From contig NC_043001.1 of assembly GCF_006345805.1 (NCBI RefSeq), positions 83,514,001 to 83,578,000 of the forward strand: DNA of 64,000 bases, in the 5' to 3' direction. Every line of letters begins with the position of its first letter. Positions within the stretch are counted from its first letter, which is position 1. The notes beneath the pieces are model-generated. The model saw only the letters and a list, made by a program, of their open reading frames with translations, did no database searches and was not told where the DNA came from. The stretch is from Octopus sinensis (taxonomy: Eukaryota). A program made the position numbers and the translations under genes. Positions 23,709-38,310 of the stretch are shown in pieces.

Positions 23709-24515
23709 GGTGTCTGGAACTTGACAGCTGAGTACTTGACAGACACTGACTTTGCTGACGACATCGCTCTTATCAGTGATTCTCTCTCCAATGCCCAGTC
23801 TCTTTTACAATCTCTTGAACAAGCCTCAAATTGTGTAGGTCTTTACCTCAATGAGACCAAAACTGAATACATAAACAAGTGCCTGTCCAACAGTGATTGC
23901 ATCATCCACACTCTCAACAGTGCACCTTTAAATATGGTTTCTGATTATAAATATCTTGGGTCATACATATCATCATCTGGAAAAGACTTTCTAACTAGAA
24001 AGGGTATGGCCTGGTCAGCCTGTAATGACATGCATAAGATCTGGTCATCAAATCTAAGTAGAGACTTCAAACTTGAAATATTCAAAACCACAGTCGAACC
24101 AATCCTACTATATGGCTCAGAAACCTGGACGTTATCAAAGAAGCTTGAGAGGCGGTTGGATGGAACCTACACTCGCCTCCTTATGAGAGCTCAAAATCTC
24201 TCGTGGAGGCGCCATCCAACTAAAATGCAAATATATGAGAAATTACCACCTGTGTCATCTCTTGTGAAAGGTGGGAGAGTCCAGTTTGCTGGACATTGTT
24301 GTAGAGCTGAAAAAGAAGTAATTTCTACTCTTCTCCTCTGGAAGCCATCTACTCGCAACACCAGAGGGCGCACACTCTCCTACCCTGATGTAATCTCCAG
24401 GGATACAGGCATCCAGCAACAGGACCTCCGTAATGCTATGATGGACCGTGAAGTCTGGTGCAACATGGTAAATTCCATTGTCTCGACCACGGTCGAACAA
24501 TGATGATGATGATGA
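23709..24515 (+). mobile_element. Second RTE-type LINE family, 3' fragment (RT C-terminus) with (TGA)n tail
   Basis: DTDFADDIAL, YKYLGS, PILLYGSETW in ORF 23619-24503; 10-bp TSD TTTCATGCTG at 23699-23708 and 24516-24525; inserted into an older RTE 3'-end copy. Confidence 0.88.
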
Positions 24516-25639
24516 TTTCATGCTGACATGGGTTAGACGTTTTGACTGAGGGCTGGCAAGCCAGAAGGCTGTACTAGGCTCCAATTTGATCTGGCAAGGT
24601 ATCTATAGCTGGATGCCCTTCCTCAATAACAGTATTTTGTCTGTCTTCGTGTTCTGAGTTTAGATTCTGCAAAAGTCAGCTTTGTTTCTTTTTTGTCCTT
24701 TTTGGCTCATTAAAATAAATACCAGTCAGCATATTCAATTAACCTGTCCCCTTAAAACAGCTGGCCTTGTACCAAAATTTAAAACCATTTTTATTATTAT
24801 TGGTGCTGAGCTGGCAGAATTGGTAGCACGTCAGACAAAATGCTTAACAGCATTTCATTAGTTTTCTTGTTCTGAGTTCAAATTCTGCTGAGGTTAACTT
24901 TGCCTTTCTTCCTTTCAGGGCCAATATAATAAGTACTCATTAAGCATTTCAGGCCTTGTACCTATATTACAGAGGATTATTTACATTTATATTCGTTAAC
25001 AATATACGCTTCATTTATCATTTAGTGATGTCACAAGTTAATCACCTGCAATTTTTTTAGAACTTTCCAGTAACTATAATCAATGTGTAATTAAAATAGT
25101 CTACTGCTAATAATCATACATATGTACATGTGTGTATGTATACACGCATACACACACATATCATCATCATCATCACCACCACCATTATCATTTAATGCCC
25201 ATTTCCCATGCCGGTATGGGCTGGACAACTTGACAAGAGCTGGCAGGGCCAGGATCCACACCAGGTTCCATTGTCTGTGTCTACAGCTGGATGACCTTCC
25301 TAATGCCAACCATTTTACTGAGTGTACTGGATGTTTTTTTATATGGCTCCAGCATCCACACTAATGCTTTTTTTACGTGGCACCTCAATTTTAGGATATT
25401 AATTCTATTGTGGTGAGCAGGTCTCCTTAAGTACAGCAATTTACTACATATCTCAGGCCACATACAGTCAGTTAGTTAGTAAACAAAGAACAAACAATCT
25501 GGGTCAGTGAAGATGGGTTGCCTCCGTTAGACCAGTTAGCAGTTCATATTGGCTAAAATGGCAAATGGGGAACCCTGCCCTTAGGTTGCTTCTATCTTGT
25601 AAGGACTTTTTGGATCTAATTGATGAATGGGGAATCCCG

Positions 25640-26080
25640 TGCTTGCAGCAGGAAGCATTTTAAATTAATGCAGGGACTATAAATCTGGTTCCTGGTTCCT
25701 GGGAATCTTCAAGGATGCCTCTTCACTCAGCTATGCAAAGCTTACAATGTTCACTCCTGTTGATCTAGGGTCCCAGCCGCTCTAAGATCCTCCACTTTAT
25801 ATCATATGGGATCCCTTCATCTTTCAGGCATCACACATAGATGTGACAAATTGTTTTTCCAGAATCCTGAAAGAGGACCTGTGATTGTAGAGGCATTGCT
25901 TGAAGGCAGTTCCGGCTGAACTAATATATTTTTGAACTTGAGTGTTGGGTGTGTTTACATCTCTGGTGCATTTTCCATTGGCTCCAGGCCTGGAGATGTT
26001 GCTGTTGGCACTGCTGTTATTGGCACTGTTAACAGTGCTGTTATTAAAGAGCATGGGTTTGACAATATTGCTGTGGTGAA
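25640..26080 (-). pseudogene. Penelope-like element remnant, GIY-YIG endonuclease region
   Basis: KYISSAGTAFKQCLYNHRSSFR followed, past stops, by CKLCIAE resembles the PLE pattern YIGxxxxxFKxRxxNHxxSF ... CxLCxxEK. Confidence 0.62.
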
Positions 26081-27919
26081 GGGCAGAGATCCCCGTTCAC
26101 CATTTTAGCCCATATAAACTGCCAACTAGCTGATCTAAGTGAGATAACCTGTCCTCACCAACCTGGATTGTTTATTCCTCATTTACTGACTAACTGGCGG
26201 TAATGGATTTATATCTCTGCCGTTTGAAGAGCTATATGGCTTTCACCATTAGAATCTGATGAACCATCCATAGAACTAAGCACTATATGGATGCAAAACC
26301 ATTGGTCACTCTATGACTGGACATATCCTTAACTGCATATATACATATGAGTGGGTGTGTGGTAAGAAGCTTGCTTCCCAAACACATGGTTCTCGGTTCA
26401 GTCCCACTGTGTGGCACCTGGGGCAAGTGTCTTCTGTTATAGCCTCAGGTCAACCAAAGCCTTGTGAGTGGATTTGGTGAAAAGAAGCTGTAAGAAGCTT
26501 GTCGTGTGTGTGTGTGTGTGTCTATGTTTGTCTCCTCCACACACCATCGCTTAACAACCACTGTTGGTGTGTTTACGTCCCCGTAACTTAGCAGTTTGGC
26601 AAAAGAGACTGATAGAATAAGTATTACGTTCACAAAGAATAAGTCCTGGGGGGTGGATAAGTTCACCTAAAGGTGGTGCTCCAGCATGGCTGCAGTCAAA
26701 TGACTGAAACAAGTAAAAGAGTAAAGAGTAAAGATCACTAAGTCAGAAAAAAAATGCATTCATGTTTTTCTGAATAGAGTGGGTATATTAATCGAAGTAT
26801 ACAGCATTAGGTAACCGGATACAAGATAACAAGGTAGTTATTTAAATACTCATGAGGTATGCCACTCCCGAAGAGCATGTGTATTCAGATAACCACCGTG
26901 TTATCTAATATTAGGTTATCTAACATCTAGTTTGTTACTGATTGGTAAGACTGGCTGATACAAGTCTATAATCTAATCTATAAAATGAAGAAAGCGAACA
27001 TTGATACAAATTGGATTTTTATGTAAAAAGGGGTCTAAATGGGGCTGGAAGGGGATTAAAATTTACAGGAGGGGGTAACTTGAGGTGAGAAATTGATTGG
27101 GAGACGTTTTGGGGTGCTACAGTGGTTGTTTTGGTGAGTCTACTATCCTCAGATTCTATCCCTTCAAACTTTGGTTTCCAATATTGTTTTATTTTTATTC
27201 AGCTTGCAAGTTCGTCTGTCCCTTTTAAATGTTAGTGTTTTGCTGTCCGCCTTGAAGCAGACCTTTCCGTTGTCACTGCTTGATATTTATGATTGATCTT
27301 TAAAAATATTTTCTTTCTCAACTTACTCGAAATCTTTTGTTTTTTAGAAATGGGGGAGAGATAGATAGAGAAAGATAGAGAGTAAGAGAAAGCGAGGGAG
27401 AGTCAGAGAGATAAGAAGAGTAAGAGAGTGGGAAAGTGAGAGAGAAAGGATAGACAAACAAAGAGGGAGAATGTGGCGATAAGAAACAGAAAGTAACAAC
27501 CACACCCTCACCTGTGCGTAGAGTGGGTCACCTTAAGCTAGTATTATATACTTTGATAATGCATCAAGCTGGCAGGATCATTAGCATGCCAGGCAAAATA
27601 CTTAGCAGGGTTATCCAGCTTAATTAATAATCCAGTTCAAATTCCACTAAGGTGGACTTTGCTGTTCATCCTTTCCAGATTAATAAAATAAGTACCAGTC
27701 AAATGCCGGGATCAATGTAAGTGACTTACCACCTCTCCCAAAACTACTGGCCCTGTGCAAAAATTTGAAATGAATATTGTATATTCTGTGTGAGGTGGGG
27801 GCTGCAGGATGTACATTTTGGCATCCAACTATGATACCTAATTTCCTCATGTGTTTCCTCTTGTCATTGATCAACATGATTTGTCTTCAGCTTGAATATT
27901 TTCAGGATAATTATTTTAG

Positions 27920-28322
27920 GCTGTGTGGTAAGTAGCTTGCTTACGAACCACATGGTTCCGGGTTCAGTCCCACTTCATGGCACCTTGGGCAAGTATCTTC
28001 TACTGTTGCCTCAGGCTGACCAAAGCCTTGTGAGTGGACTTGGTAGATGGGAAACTGAAAGAAGCCTGTCGTATATATATGTATGTGTGTGTGTGTGTAT
28101 ATGTTTGTGTGTCTGTGTTTGCCCCCCCCCCCCAACATCACTTGACAACTGATGCTGGTGTGTTTACGTCCCAGTAACTTAGCAGTTCGGCAAAAGAGAC
28201 TGATAAAATAAGTACTAGGCTTACAAAGAATAAGTCCTGGGGTCGATTTGCTCGACTAAAGGTCGTGCTCCAACATGGCCACAGTCAAATGCCTGAAACA
28301 AGTAAAAGAGTAAAAAAGTAAA
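27920..28322 (+). mobile_element. SINE family A, full length
   Basis: Complete family A structure. Confidence 0.83.
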
Positions 28323-28593
28323 AGAATAATTCTTTTATAAAATCAATTCAGCTGCAGTCTCCATTGATATTCCTTAGTAATTAGGAGAAGAGGTCTTGGC
28401 AATGCATATGTAGTACGCCATATACTACAGGTGCTGTTGTCTACAGTACCACAGACTACAGAGGTACTGTTACTGTAGTTCCATATAGTGTGATGTAATG
28501 AAGCTGGTAGCCAGTTGGTCTACTCCACGGAAATGGTATTGATGGTCGCTGAGAACGAAAACAGCTGGCTGTTTATAACTGTTTACATTTCCT

Positions 28594-28820
28594 TTAATCT
28601 TTAGCATCCAGATTACTCTGTCACACACAATGCTTATTTAATCACTTTGTTTTGAATTAATCATGCTTTATTTCATAGCTTCAAAATTTTGATAATGTGA
28701 CTGTTTACTTTTAGAATGACATTGTAGGATAGGTGTGAGATGCTAGATCTAGCCTGTTTGTAATATAAAACAGGTAGAATATTTGAGCCAAATATTGCCG
28801 GTTTAAAAGCTAAAGGCTAA
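28594..28820. mobile_element. About 225-bp TTAA-type MITE; related copies near 17025-17610, 37715-37840 and 58995-59050
   Basis: Termini ttaatctttagcat ... gctaaaggctaa approximate TTAA-CCCTTTAGCAT inverted ends; body shared among copies. Confidence 0.55.
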
Positions 28821-28874
28821 CATGTTTGGAACAGAGCTTCAGCTTTTCAATAAATGACTAAACTATATAAACAT

Positions 28875-29180
28875 TGCCGGTGGCACGTAAAAAGCACCAT
28901 TCAAGCGTGATTGTTACCAGTGTCGCCTTACTGGCATTTGTGCCGGTGGCACGTGAGAAAACATTCAAGCAAGGTCGTTGCCAGTGCTGCTGGACTGGCT
29001 CCAGTGCAGGTGGCATGTAAAAAATACCATTTGAGCATAGCTGTTGCCAGTACCACCTGACTGGCCCTCGTGCTGGTGGCATGTAAAAACACCCACTACA
29101 CTCTCGGAGTGGTTGGCGTCTGGTTCGCCAGTCCTCAATCAAATCGTCCAACCCATGCTAGCATGGAAAGCGGACGTTAA
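28875..29180 (+). mobile_element. RTE LINE 3' UTR fragment with three hairpin units
   Basis: Units match, in the same order, those at 13160-13370. Confidence 0.8.
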
Positions 29181-29685
29181 AAGATTATGATGATGATGAT
29201 GATGATAATGATTCAAACCAGCATTGTTATTGTTTTAACATCCACTTTTCCATGCTTGTATGGAAAAATGAATTTTAAAACAATGACGACAATGTCAACG
29301 ATGACAATGATGACGATGCTGCTGCTACTGCTGCTGCTGCTGATGATGATGATGTCTTTCCAAGGAAAATTATGAAGTGCTTAACCTGAAAGGCAATATT
29401 GACCCAAAAGGAAAATTTCTCAATAAAATCTATTTGATTATTTCTTAAAATCTGGCAGCCAAACAAAGCATGCTTCCTGCTTCTGAAAAGACTCACATAA
29501 ATTTTAGCAGTATAAATCAATAAGAATATGTTATTATTGTAGCAAAGAAGCTATTTCCAGAGTATCAAAGTCATACAGTATTTGTTCCCAAATTGCTAGA
29601 ACAAAAACATGAAAGATTGAGAACAGCATAATTAAATGGCACTTGATTAAATACTCAAAGTATTGACAGAAATATAATTGATTTA

Positions 29686-30198
29686 CTGTAAATCTTCGAG
29701 TATAGTCCGCCCTTGAGTATAATACGCAGGGGATTTTTAGGGGGCTGTACCTCTGAAAATCCTAAACCTTGTGTATAATACGCACCCATTCTCTAACTTG
29801 AGTCAAGGAGGTTTATATAACATCTTTGGTTTGTAAAATTGTATATGGTAACGTCCTTTATTATTATTGTATATATAATCATAATGCAAACATGTAGCTT
29901 TTTTGTGCATTTTGTTTGCAGAAAATAAAGAAATAATAGTAATAATGTTTAATAAATGTTGCTTGCTGCAAGTTATGGATGATTCTTTTATGACTTCATT
30001 GCTTTCAGGCTTAACTTAAGGTATTTTTGCACCCGACATCACAAAATGCGTCTGAATAAACATTGCCGAACAGCAAATAGAGACTCGGACATTACTTAAA
30101 AAATAATTTTCGTTTTTAACCTCGTATATAGTACACACAAGGGATTTTGACCTTTAACTTTTGGGGAAAAAATGCGGATTATACTCGAGTATTTATGG
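29686..30198. mobile_element. 513-bp pogo/Tigger-like MITE
   Basis: TIRs ctgtaaatcttcgagtatagtccgc / gcggattatactcgagtatttatgg, TA flanks, repeated subterminal gagtataatacgca motifs. Confidence 0.75.
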
Positions 30199-31163
30199 TA
30201 TGTAATACAGTGATAGATTGAATTGACCAAAGTTTGGGGAAAATCTTTCCCCACATAGGACCCTTTATTGACTTAGCCATTTCCCCCTTCACTTAACAAT
30301 AAAAGAACACTTAATTTCATCACTACTGTTATTAACATACAATGAGAAGGAATACTATTAGAATGCCTTCCATTATTAGAATGCCTTCTATTTATTATAG
30401 CAATTTTATTCCAACTTTCACTACCAGTTTTAACAGATTCCATTCACATACTCTAACTGATTGTAACTTCAACACTACATTTTTTGACTCAAGAGGTGGG
30501 GGAGACCCAGTTCTATACCAACACTTATTTTGATTCTTCAGGCATTCAGAAGTATATATTTTAATTTTACCAGGATTTGAAGGCGGCGAGCTGGCAGAAA
30601 CGTTAGCACGTCAGGCGAAATGCTTAGCAGTAGTTCGTCTGTCTTTACATTCCGAGTTCAAATTCCGTTGATAAATTAAGTACCAGTTGCATACTTGGGC
30701 TGATCTAATCGACTGAGCCCCTCCCCAAAAATTTTATGCCTTGTGCCTAGAGCAGAAAAGAATTTTACCAGGATTTGGTATAATCTCTTACATGGTTTCT
30801 TATTATTCACTTAAAAATGGAAACATGTGGAAGACTCAATATATGGCACTTTGTCTGTTATGATGACAAGGATTCCAGTTGATCAGATCAACAGAACAGC
30901 CTGCTTGTGAAATTAACATGTAAGTGGCTGAGCACTTCACAAACATATGTACCCTTAACTCATTTGTACCAAAATCTTTCTACTGAATGAAATTGCCTGA
31001 AAATTCACAGATACTATTATTTTAACCTAAATAACAACTGAAAAAAATTTCATTGAAATTCGTTTGATACAGACTGCATATGCGTTAAGAACGTGTTTCC
31101 TTCTTTGATACAGATCATACACAAATCACAATTTGTATCAAGTATTTATTTTATACCCTTATA

Positions 31164-32416
31164 TTGGGTTGTCCGGAAAGTTCATGCCGATTTACAGTAG
31201 CTTACCTTTCAACTTATTTTAGAACATGGTTGAGTCCATAAATTAGGATTTGACTGCACTTCCATTTAGAGCACAGTTTATGCTATCTTTTCATGGAAGA
31301 AGGTTTATGTTCTTATAACATGTTAATTCTGTAACCCTTTAAAATGGAAGATAAGAAAGTTCATTTCTTGGCACTTGATGCTTTTCTTTTTATGTAAAGG
31401 GAAAATGCCTCACAAGCAACCAAAGAAATATGCGCAGTTTACGGTGATGTTTCTTTATCCGAGAGAACTGTATGGAAGTGGTTCACAAGGTTCCGAGCTG
31501 GAGATTGTAGCCTTATTGATAAAGAGCGATTAGGCAAACCATCCACTACAGATGATGACCAAATCAAATCATTAATTGAGAATAACCCACATTGCACAAC
31601 CCAAGAATTTGCAGAAATCCTCAACTTATCAAAATTCGTCATTCATGAGCACCTGGTAAGGCTTGGGTACACAAATCGCTACGATGTTTGGGTACCACAA
31701 GAGTTGAGTAAGAACTTTTGGATCACATTTCCATCTGTGATTCGCTTTATAAACAGAATGAAAACGTACCTTTTTAAAGCAAATTGTGACAGGTGATGAG
31801 AAATGGATTATCTACCAAAATGTTCAGAGAAAGCGACCTGGAGTAAGTGACATGAGCCACCCTAAGCAGGTCTTCACCCTTAAAAATTCTTGCTTTGTGT
31901 CTGGGGGGATTGGAAAGGAATTCTGTATTATGAACTTTTCCCAAGTAACCAGACAATTAATTCTGAGAAACACTGCACACAACTGGATGAGTTAAAAGCA
32001 GCAATTCAAGAGAAACGTCCAGAATTGGCCAACAGGAAAGGTGTTGTTTTCCAACATGATAAAGCAAGACTGCACATTTCTTAGGGAACCAGACAAAAAT
32101 TGCTGCAGCTCGGCTGGGATGTGTTACCCTACCCTCCATATTCACCAGATATTGCTCCTTCGGATTTCCACTTATTCAGGTCTCTATAGAATAGCCTTAA
32201 TGGTAAAAAGTTCAATTCCTTGGATGATGTAAAAAGATACCTTGATGAATTCTTTGCCATGAAACCACCTCAATTCTGAGAAGAGGGTATTTTCAAGTTA
32301 AAGGAAAGATGGAGACGAATTGTGCAACAAAATGGTTCATTAAAAATGTAATGGCAAGTATTTATTGACCTTTTTCTTACCTTTAAAAATCGGCACAAAC
32401 TTTCTGGACAACCCAA
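31164..32416 (+). mobile_element. Full-length degenerate mariner (1253 bp)
   Basis: TIRs ttgggttgtccggaaagttcatgccgattt / aaatcggcacaaactttctggacaacccaa, TA flanks; transposase pieces WVPQEL, TGDEKW, HPPYSPDIAPSD broken by stops and frameshifts. Confidence 0.93.
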
Positions 32417-33469
32417 TAAATTAAGTGTCAGTTTAAACGGACGATCAGTGTGATACAGAATGTGACAAGGTCATTTGAAATACAGGTACTTTTCAATTTT
32501 ATCAGCTGAGTGGACTGGAGCAATGTGAAATAAAGTGTTTTGTCCAAAGATACAACACGTCACCAGGAATTGAACACAGCTTACAATTGTGAGCTAAATA
32601 CTCTAACCACTAAGCCATGCACCCTCACAGGAAACTTGGTATAATTTATGCTATATTATCTCTTGGTCTATTAGGCTTTATTGTATGAGCCTATCATTGG
32701 TTTACTATTGGTATAGGCACTGAGAACTCTTTCTATATTTGGAAGAATGGTAAATTAGACAAATCAGATAGGCAGAAAATATAGCAAAAGGGAGAACTGA
32801 AACTATTGGAAGCTCAGTAACATACCATCGATTTTGGCCACCTTGTATGTATGGTAGCTAAATCAGCCATTCCCTTTCTTAAATGTAACAAACCTTTGAC
32901 TACAGCCAATCTACAAGCATAAAGTGGCCGCCTGTGCTGGCTTGCATACCTCATGCTCTGCCATTGGCTCATTCATGTACATGTGTATGTGTGTGTGTGT
33001 GTGATTGATGCAGTCAGGGCTGTATAGTAAGAAATTTGCTTCCTAACTACATGGTTCTGGGTTCACTTCATGAACCCAGAATCATGTAACTTGGGCAAGT
33101 GCTTTCTGCTATAGCCCCAAGCTGACCAAAGTATTGCGAGTGGATTTGGTTGATGGAAACTGAAAGAAGCCTGTCATGTATTTATAGCTTTTATCTTTCA
33201 CTTGTTTCAGTCATTCAACCTATTTCTTTACTACCCACAAGGGGCTAAACACAGGGAGGATAAACACGGACAGACAAATGGATTAAGTTGATTACATCGA
33301 CCCCAGTGCGTAACTGGTACTTAATTTATTGACCCCGAAAGGATGAAAGGCAAAGTTGACCTCGGCGGAATTTGAACTCGGAACATAACGGCAGACGAAA
33401 TACGGCTACGCATTTTGCCCGGTGTGCTAATGTTTCTGCCAGCTTGCTGCTTTGTTTCAGTCATTCAAC

Positions 33470-34215
33470 CATTCATCGACACCTGCATCCTATTGGAAAA
33501 GTCAGCAAATTGGGTCAATGGGTTCCTCACAAACTTTCCAAGTCTAATTGTGCCCAGAGAGTGAATGTTTGCTCTTCTCAAGAATGAACCTTTTTTGGAC
33601 CGAATAGCAACTGGTGATGAGAAATGGGTTCTCTATAAAAATGTCAAATGCCGAAGACAGTGGGTAGGGAAAAGAGAAACACTGGCACTCCAGGCTAAAG
33701 AAGGTCTTCACCCACGTAAGGTATTATGTGTTTGGTGGAATATGAAAGATTTAGTCCACTTTGAACTTTTAAGCCCAAACCAAATGATAACAAATGAGAT
33801 CTACTGCGAGCAGCTTGAGCGGCTTAAGTTGACACTGGAAGAAAAATGACCATCTTTGGTTTCAAGATGAAAGGTGCTCTTCCATCAGGATAGTGTTCTG
33901 CCACATACAGCGAGGCTGACATTCCAAAGGCTGGAGCAGTTTGAATGGGAAACGATGTCCCACCCACCTTATTTACCAGACATTGTCCCATCAGATTATC
34001 ATTTATTCCACAGTCTTCAAAATCATTTGGATGGACAAAATATGAATTCTGTAGACAAGGTTGGAACAGTACTAGAGGAGTATTTTTCATCACAGACAAG
34101 TGAACTTTGGAAGAGGGGCCTTGCAAGTCTAGCAGATAGATGGAAGAGCATTATAGAAAATGAAAGAGAGTATAGTTTTATTAATCTTAATTTTAAAAAA
34201 TAAAATATTGAAAAA
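33470..34215 (+). mobile_element. Mariner transposase fragment (related to 60066-60954)
   Basis: GQWVPHKL, ATGDEKWVLY, HPPYLPDIVPSDYHLF across frames; no intact TIRs seen. Confidence 0.88.
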
Positions 34216-35898
34216 CTGTAAACATAGGCCATGACAAAAGCGTATCAGGGTTTCTTGACATGTTGCATGCTCTTTGTAAACAAAAGGCTTATTCATATGA
34301 CGTTATGTTTCCAGTTGTTCGCATATGTCCAGGCAGGGTTGGTATCAGGAAGGACATCCAGCTTTTCAAAACTCTGCTCCAATGCAAGTATGGCAAAAGT
34401 AGGCATTAAAACAATGGTGATGCAATGACAAACATTCGCTCAATAGCAAACAGAAAACTTGAACAAACAACAATAACAACTTGTTATTACTAGAATACAT
34501 TTTTTATTTTATTCTTCTCATATTGTAATATACAAAAGATATCGCTACTCTGTATTACAGTGGTATACTGGTATAATAAACTCTGTATGACATGTCTGAT
34601 AGAAGTCCCTCTTGTTTCCTGCCCCACCCTCTATCTCTGACAATAGTGCTTTGATATGATCATACAATATGAGACGTACCTGATAAACCAAACCATAAGC
34701 ATTTCCTATGACAATGATGGCAGATTCATCTGTCGTAAACAACAAATGAGGATTCCACAACTTCTTACTGAGAAATCTGCATAGATGATTTGTTTAAAGT
34801 GATCAAATGTTTGTGTTGTACAACAGCTCACTCACTCCATTGAGTCAATGTCATCTGTCAATTTGATAAGCAATGTCAAATCATGAATGGTGTGCCACAC
34901 GTCAGATGTCAAAAAGTGATTACAGAGCAATATGAAATAGAGTGTTTTACTCACCTAAACTAGGAACTGAAACCATGATCTTGTGGTCATGAGTGCAACA
35001 CCTTGACCACTGAGCTATGTGATACAAAGATTCAATTACATACACTCTCATTTGTGTCTCGATAGGATTATGTTCTTTTTAATGATAGAAGTATCTGGGG
35101 ATAACAGATCCCATCAGACATGTCTAGCACAACTTTGTTCTCTGTTCTATATGACAGTGATAACCTTACTATGGTAAACTAACAGACATGGCAAGGATAT
35201 GTTTGATAAAGTCCTGTCATGCATATTTGCAAGAATTATCAAACATATGTGATAAATTCTGGGGAAAATGTTCAACAGAACTTTAGTACATGTCCCAACA
35301 GATCAGATATGCTGTTGCATTTTTGAAATTGTATTTTTTTATTTTCTCTCTTGTTCTCTCTCCATTCTTTGGATACATGGTGGGTTTTGAAACTCCTCAT
35401 AGTGCAGGGAAGTTTATATGAGTGTTTAAGTATATATGTATGAAAATTTGAAACATTATTGTGCCACAGAAACACACACAAAGAAAAAAGGAGAAAAATA
35501 AACAAATTTAAATATAAACTTGTCAAATGTTTGTGTGTACGTGTGTGTGTGTGTGTGAGAGAGAGAGAGAAAGGTAGAAGAGAGTTGACAAAATTGCTTA
35601 ATCAAAAAAAAAACCAAAAGGATAATAAGAAAGAAAAATACCTAATAACTGAAACTTGTAAAAGAATGAAAGGAAAAAATTACTTGCACATACATACATA
35701 CACACATATGGGTATTCACACACGCACACACACACGCACAGATACACACATTGGTTTGAAATTTTGGCACAAGGCCAGCAATTTCTGGGGAGTGGGTAGG
35801 TTGAATACATTAACCCCAGTAATCAACTGGTACTTTTATATATTTATATATATATATGTGTGTGTGTATATGTATATGTATATATATATATGTAGGTG

Positions 35899-35992
<94 letters not shown>

Positions 35993-38124
35993 AGAAGCAA
36001 TACCAATGACTAAAATTGAAATGATGATATGTTTAAATTAGGATACCATAAAAATTAGGTATGTAAATATACCTAATTGTTACATGGACATGAAACATGA
36101 TACTTGCAGCAATGTTGCAAAGGAAATGAAATGACTGTGGCTCACTGATACACAGACACACAATCACAGATGTTGATATCTATTACCACAAGGTGTAAAG
36201 GCTCTATGTTTAAAGGAAGATAAAAATGGGATTTTATAACATTCATGTTACTTCACCAAGGACATTTGCAACATAATTGAGAAGAAATAGCCACAATCTG
36301 AGATTAAAACTACTCATCCCAAAACTCACATGACTTTCCTGATGTGCAAGATGTTGTATTATTTGATATCAGAATAAGGCCATAAAATTTTAATGAGATT
36401 ATGTGATGTTCATGCCTTTCTGAAAAATCCATTAATAATGTAAATTAAAGTGAAGCAGCTACACTAGGAAAGAAACTGAACCCCCTTAAACTCAGTATGA
36501 GGAACTTACTTATTGCCAAACAATGCTTGTAATGTGTTAAGAAATACCAGACAATGAGAACCCATAATGACAATATACTGTATGAGACATGCCCGACTCA
36601 TGCCAGCATGAAAAAGAAATATAAACTGATATGTATGTGTTTGTATGTGTATATATATATACATATACATACAAGTTAATTAAAGGATATATTAACTTCT
36701 TAAAGGGATGATTACATCCAAGAAATCACTGGTTCTATACCTTATTACTTTATGTCTTTGGGAAATAAAATTCCCCTCAATCAACCGGTATATATTAAGT
36801 ATATAATCCATATTAAATTAAGACAAGAAAATGGAGAATCAGTAGTTATAGGCACAGGAATGGCTGTGTGATAAGTAGCTTGCTTACGAACCACATTGTT
36901 CTGGGTTCAGTCCCACTGTGTGGCACCTTGGGCAAGTGTCTTCTACTATAGCTTCGGGCCGACCAAAGCCTTGTGAGTGGATTTGGTAGACGGAAACTGA
37001 AAGTGGCCCGTTGTATATATGTATATGTTTGTATGTGTGTGTTTGTCCTCCCAACATCGCTTGACAACCGATGCTGGTGTGTTTACGTCCCCGTAATAGG
37101 CTTACAAAGAATAAGTCCTGGGGTTGTTTTGCTCGACTAAAGGTGGTGCTCCAGCATGGCCGCTGTCAAATGACTGAAACAAGTAAAAGAGTATTTATTA
37201 ATAAATTGATAATCATTTCTTCCTGCAGCTGTTTTCTTTTATACTTATTGAATAAATTACAAATTTATGCATTAAATTTGCATTTATATGTTATGAGCAA
37301 AATATCATTAGGGAAAAGGTCATCATCATCATCATCATCATCATTTAACGTCAGACATTAAAAAAATTACATGTTGACCTATCTGTTCATTTCAGCAGAC
37401 TGGAATGATCAGATAAGTCAACATGTGATTTTTTAATGTCTAACTTTTCCCTGATCATATTTTGCTCATAACTTATAAATGCAAATTCAGTTCATAAATT
37501 TATAATTTATTCAATGAGTATAAATGGAAACAGCTGTAGGAAGAAATAGTGCAAGGACCAACATTGGGTTACTGTCCGGGCACATGAATTGCTCTATGAC
37601 CTAGACATGAAGACTAGAAATATACTAGTAATTACTGGTATTTTCCATACCAACAATGACACTGACAGGGATTATGATAAATGGAAGGATGGAAACATAG
37701 GTAGACGGTCAGTCCAGGTAATTTTAGCATTGAGATTTCTTTGTCAAATATATTGTAGGGTAGGAGTGAGAAGTTGGATAAGGTCAGTTTTAACATAAAA
37801 CTGGCGGAATATTTGGGCTGGATATGGCCAAATTAAATGTCACATTGTATAACTTGGCTAACACCCACCAAACAGTCATGCGAGAAATGAATATATTATT
37901 GTGTACTCAACAGTGAAAATAGTTTCGTAAGAGCAAGTGAAGAACTCTTATGAGCTACTCTGAGTGTATGACTGTTACATGTAACCTATGAGTAATTTAG
38001 CTAATTGTCAAAAACAGAAATTTGGAAGGGAAATAATCATCCAATAATACTATACTTGTTCCACGTCCTCGCGTTGTTGCGTTTTCTCTTTGTGTTTTCA
38101 TGTTTGGATTAACTATATATATAT

Positions 38125-38310
38125 ATATATAGTTCTAAATTGCAGAAAACAAAAGACAAAGACAGGTAAGAGAACAACTAGCATGTATATTAGTTTGCCA
38201 CTCAGGAAGAATGGAAAAGTCTTTGATATATCGAGCCTATGGTCTTTGACAGAAAAGGGAGGCAAAATAAAAAATGGAGAGAATGAAAAAGAAATGTGTA
38301 GGGATTAACA
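38125..38310 (-). mobile_element. Decayed copy of the hammerhead-like repeat family (see 47255-47445)
   Basis: Minus strand CCCTTTTCTGTCAAAGACCATAGGCTCGATATATCAAAGAC aligns to the 47318-47357 motif, several differences being CpG-type decay; flanks also align. Confidence 0.6.

Noticed and set aside
34545-34790. Minus-strand open frame LWNPHLLFTTDESAIIVIGNAYGLVYQ... with an internal CAG|GTACGT donor-like site in unique DNA
   Set aside because: No recognisable protein similarity, weak acceptor, and no partner exons found; needs BLASTX or RNA-seq.
35459-36013. 184-aa ORF
   Set aside because: Built from (TG)n/(TA)n and A-rich low-complexity sequence.
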